Source of the DNA: Centroscyllium fabricii
Taxonomy: Eukaryota
DNA length: 64,000 bases
Direction: 5' to 3'
Assembly (NCBI GenBank): GCA_051313645.2
Contig: JBNRSN020000002.1
Span: forward strand, 232,314,001-232,378,000
How positions within the stretch are numbered: position 1 is the first letter of the stretch; every line of letters begins with the position of its first letter. Under the pieces are notes generated by a model, which saw only the letters and a program-made list of their open reading frames with translations, was not told the origin of the DNA and did not search any database. Both the position numbers and the translations under genes were made by a program. Positions 63,137 to 64,000 of the stretch are shown here, one piece after another.

Positions 63137-63371
63137 CGATGTGGAAATGCCATAATAGAAAGTATTCAAACAGAGTTATTAATAAAAACAATTGGCTGAC
63201 ATCAGCAGAGAACATCAATGAAGAAACCACTGCCAAAAGATTATAAAAATAAGAACTTTCCAACAAAAAGGCAGAAATTGCTGAATGAGCAAAGCATTTC
63301 TCTACTCTTCAGAGGCATCTCTTTAAGTCTTTAACTATGAGTCTCGGGGAGTCAAAGTGATTTAATTTGGT

Positions 63372-64000
63372 GGATGAACGCGACAGTTTGGAAGGCCGCC
63401 CTGCAAGACTTAAAGTCTAGGGGCCCTCCGACCTCCCGCTGGCAGGAAGTACTCCCCAATACACTCCACACCATCCGGTCATTGCTCTGTACTGCCACTA
63501 ATGCCACACCTCACGAAAAAATGTTTGTGTTTCCCAGGAAGTCCACATTGGGGACCTCGCTACCATCATGGCTGACGTCTCCAGGGCCCATTCTACTCCG
63601 GAAACATGTAAGAGCCCATAAAATGGACCCACTGGTCGAGAGGGTCAGCCTCCTCCACGCCAACCCCCAGTATGCATATGTTGCCTGACGGGCGGGAGGA
63701 CACGGTCTCCATAAGAGACCTCGCACCCTCAGGAGACCCGTAGCCAACATCACCCACTACCCACCACCACTCCCCCCCACCGTTCCCCACGACACACCAG
63801 TAGCACGTCTAGCCCCTGTGGACCGCATGCCGAGGCCCCGCGACCCGCCGTTGATCACACACCTACTCAACACCAATGAGGATGACACGCCGGTGCTCCG
63901 GCGCTGGAAGTAGCACCACCTCAACCGTCGCCACGACGATCACAACGTCATACAAGACCCCCAGAAAGACTTATCTGTACACTTTAATGCACTTCACCCC
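63372..64000 (+). mobile_element. Gypsy integrase C-terminal fragment
   Basis: WQEVLP..LH.IRSLLCTATNATPHE...HANPQYAYV...DTVSIRDLAP; runs towards the window edge. Confidence 0.8.

Overview
Vertebrate genomic DNA, most likely from a shark or ray (inferred from HE1-type V-SINEs and their CR1/HER1-type LINE tails). The window is almost saturated with nested transposable elements, and I could not identify an intact host gene. Contents: (1) a Mag-like Gypsy with both LTRs and a TSD (400-6267); (2) two young CsRn1-like Gypsy copies tail-to-tail 124 bp apart, each in its own CTAG target at or near the end of a Harbinger element (7792-16767); (3) a 3'-truncated Mag-like Gypsy; (4) a Neptune-like Penelope element with an inverted pseudo-LTR, minimal hammerhead ribozymes and a 12-bp TSD (24524-27721); (5) nested Harbinger elements (HARBI1-like transposase plus spliced Myb/SANT gene) and derived MITEs; (6) a third CsRn1-like Gypsy carrying a long solo LTR that itself carries a CR1; (7) Rex1/Babar, RTEX-like, L2 and CR1 LINE fragments and five V-SINE pieces. 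Short inter-TE islands look like frameshifted or stop-containing exons of a decayed coiled-coil host gene on the + strand (low confidence). All family and clade names come from motif recognition by eye, not from database searches.
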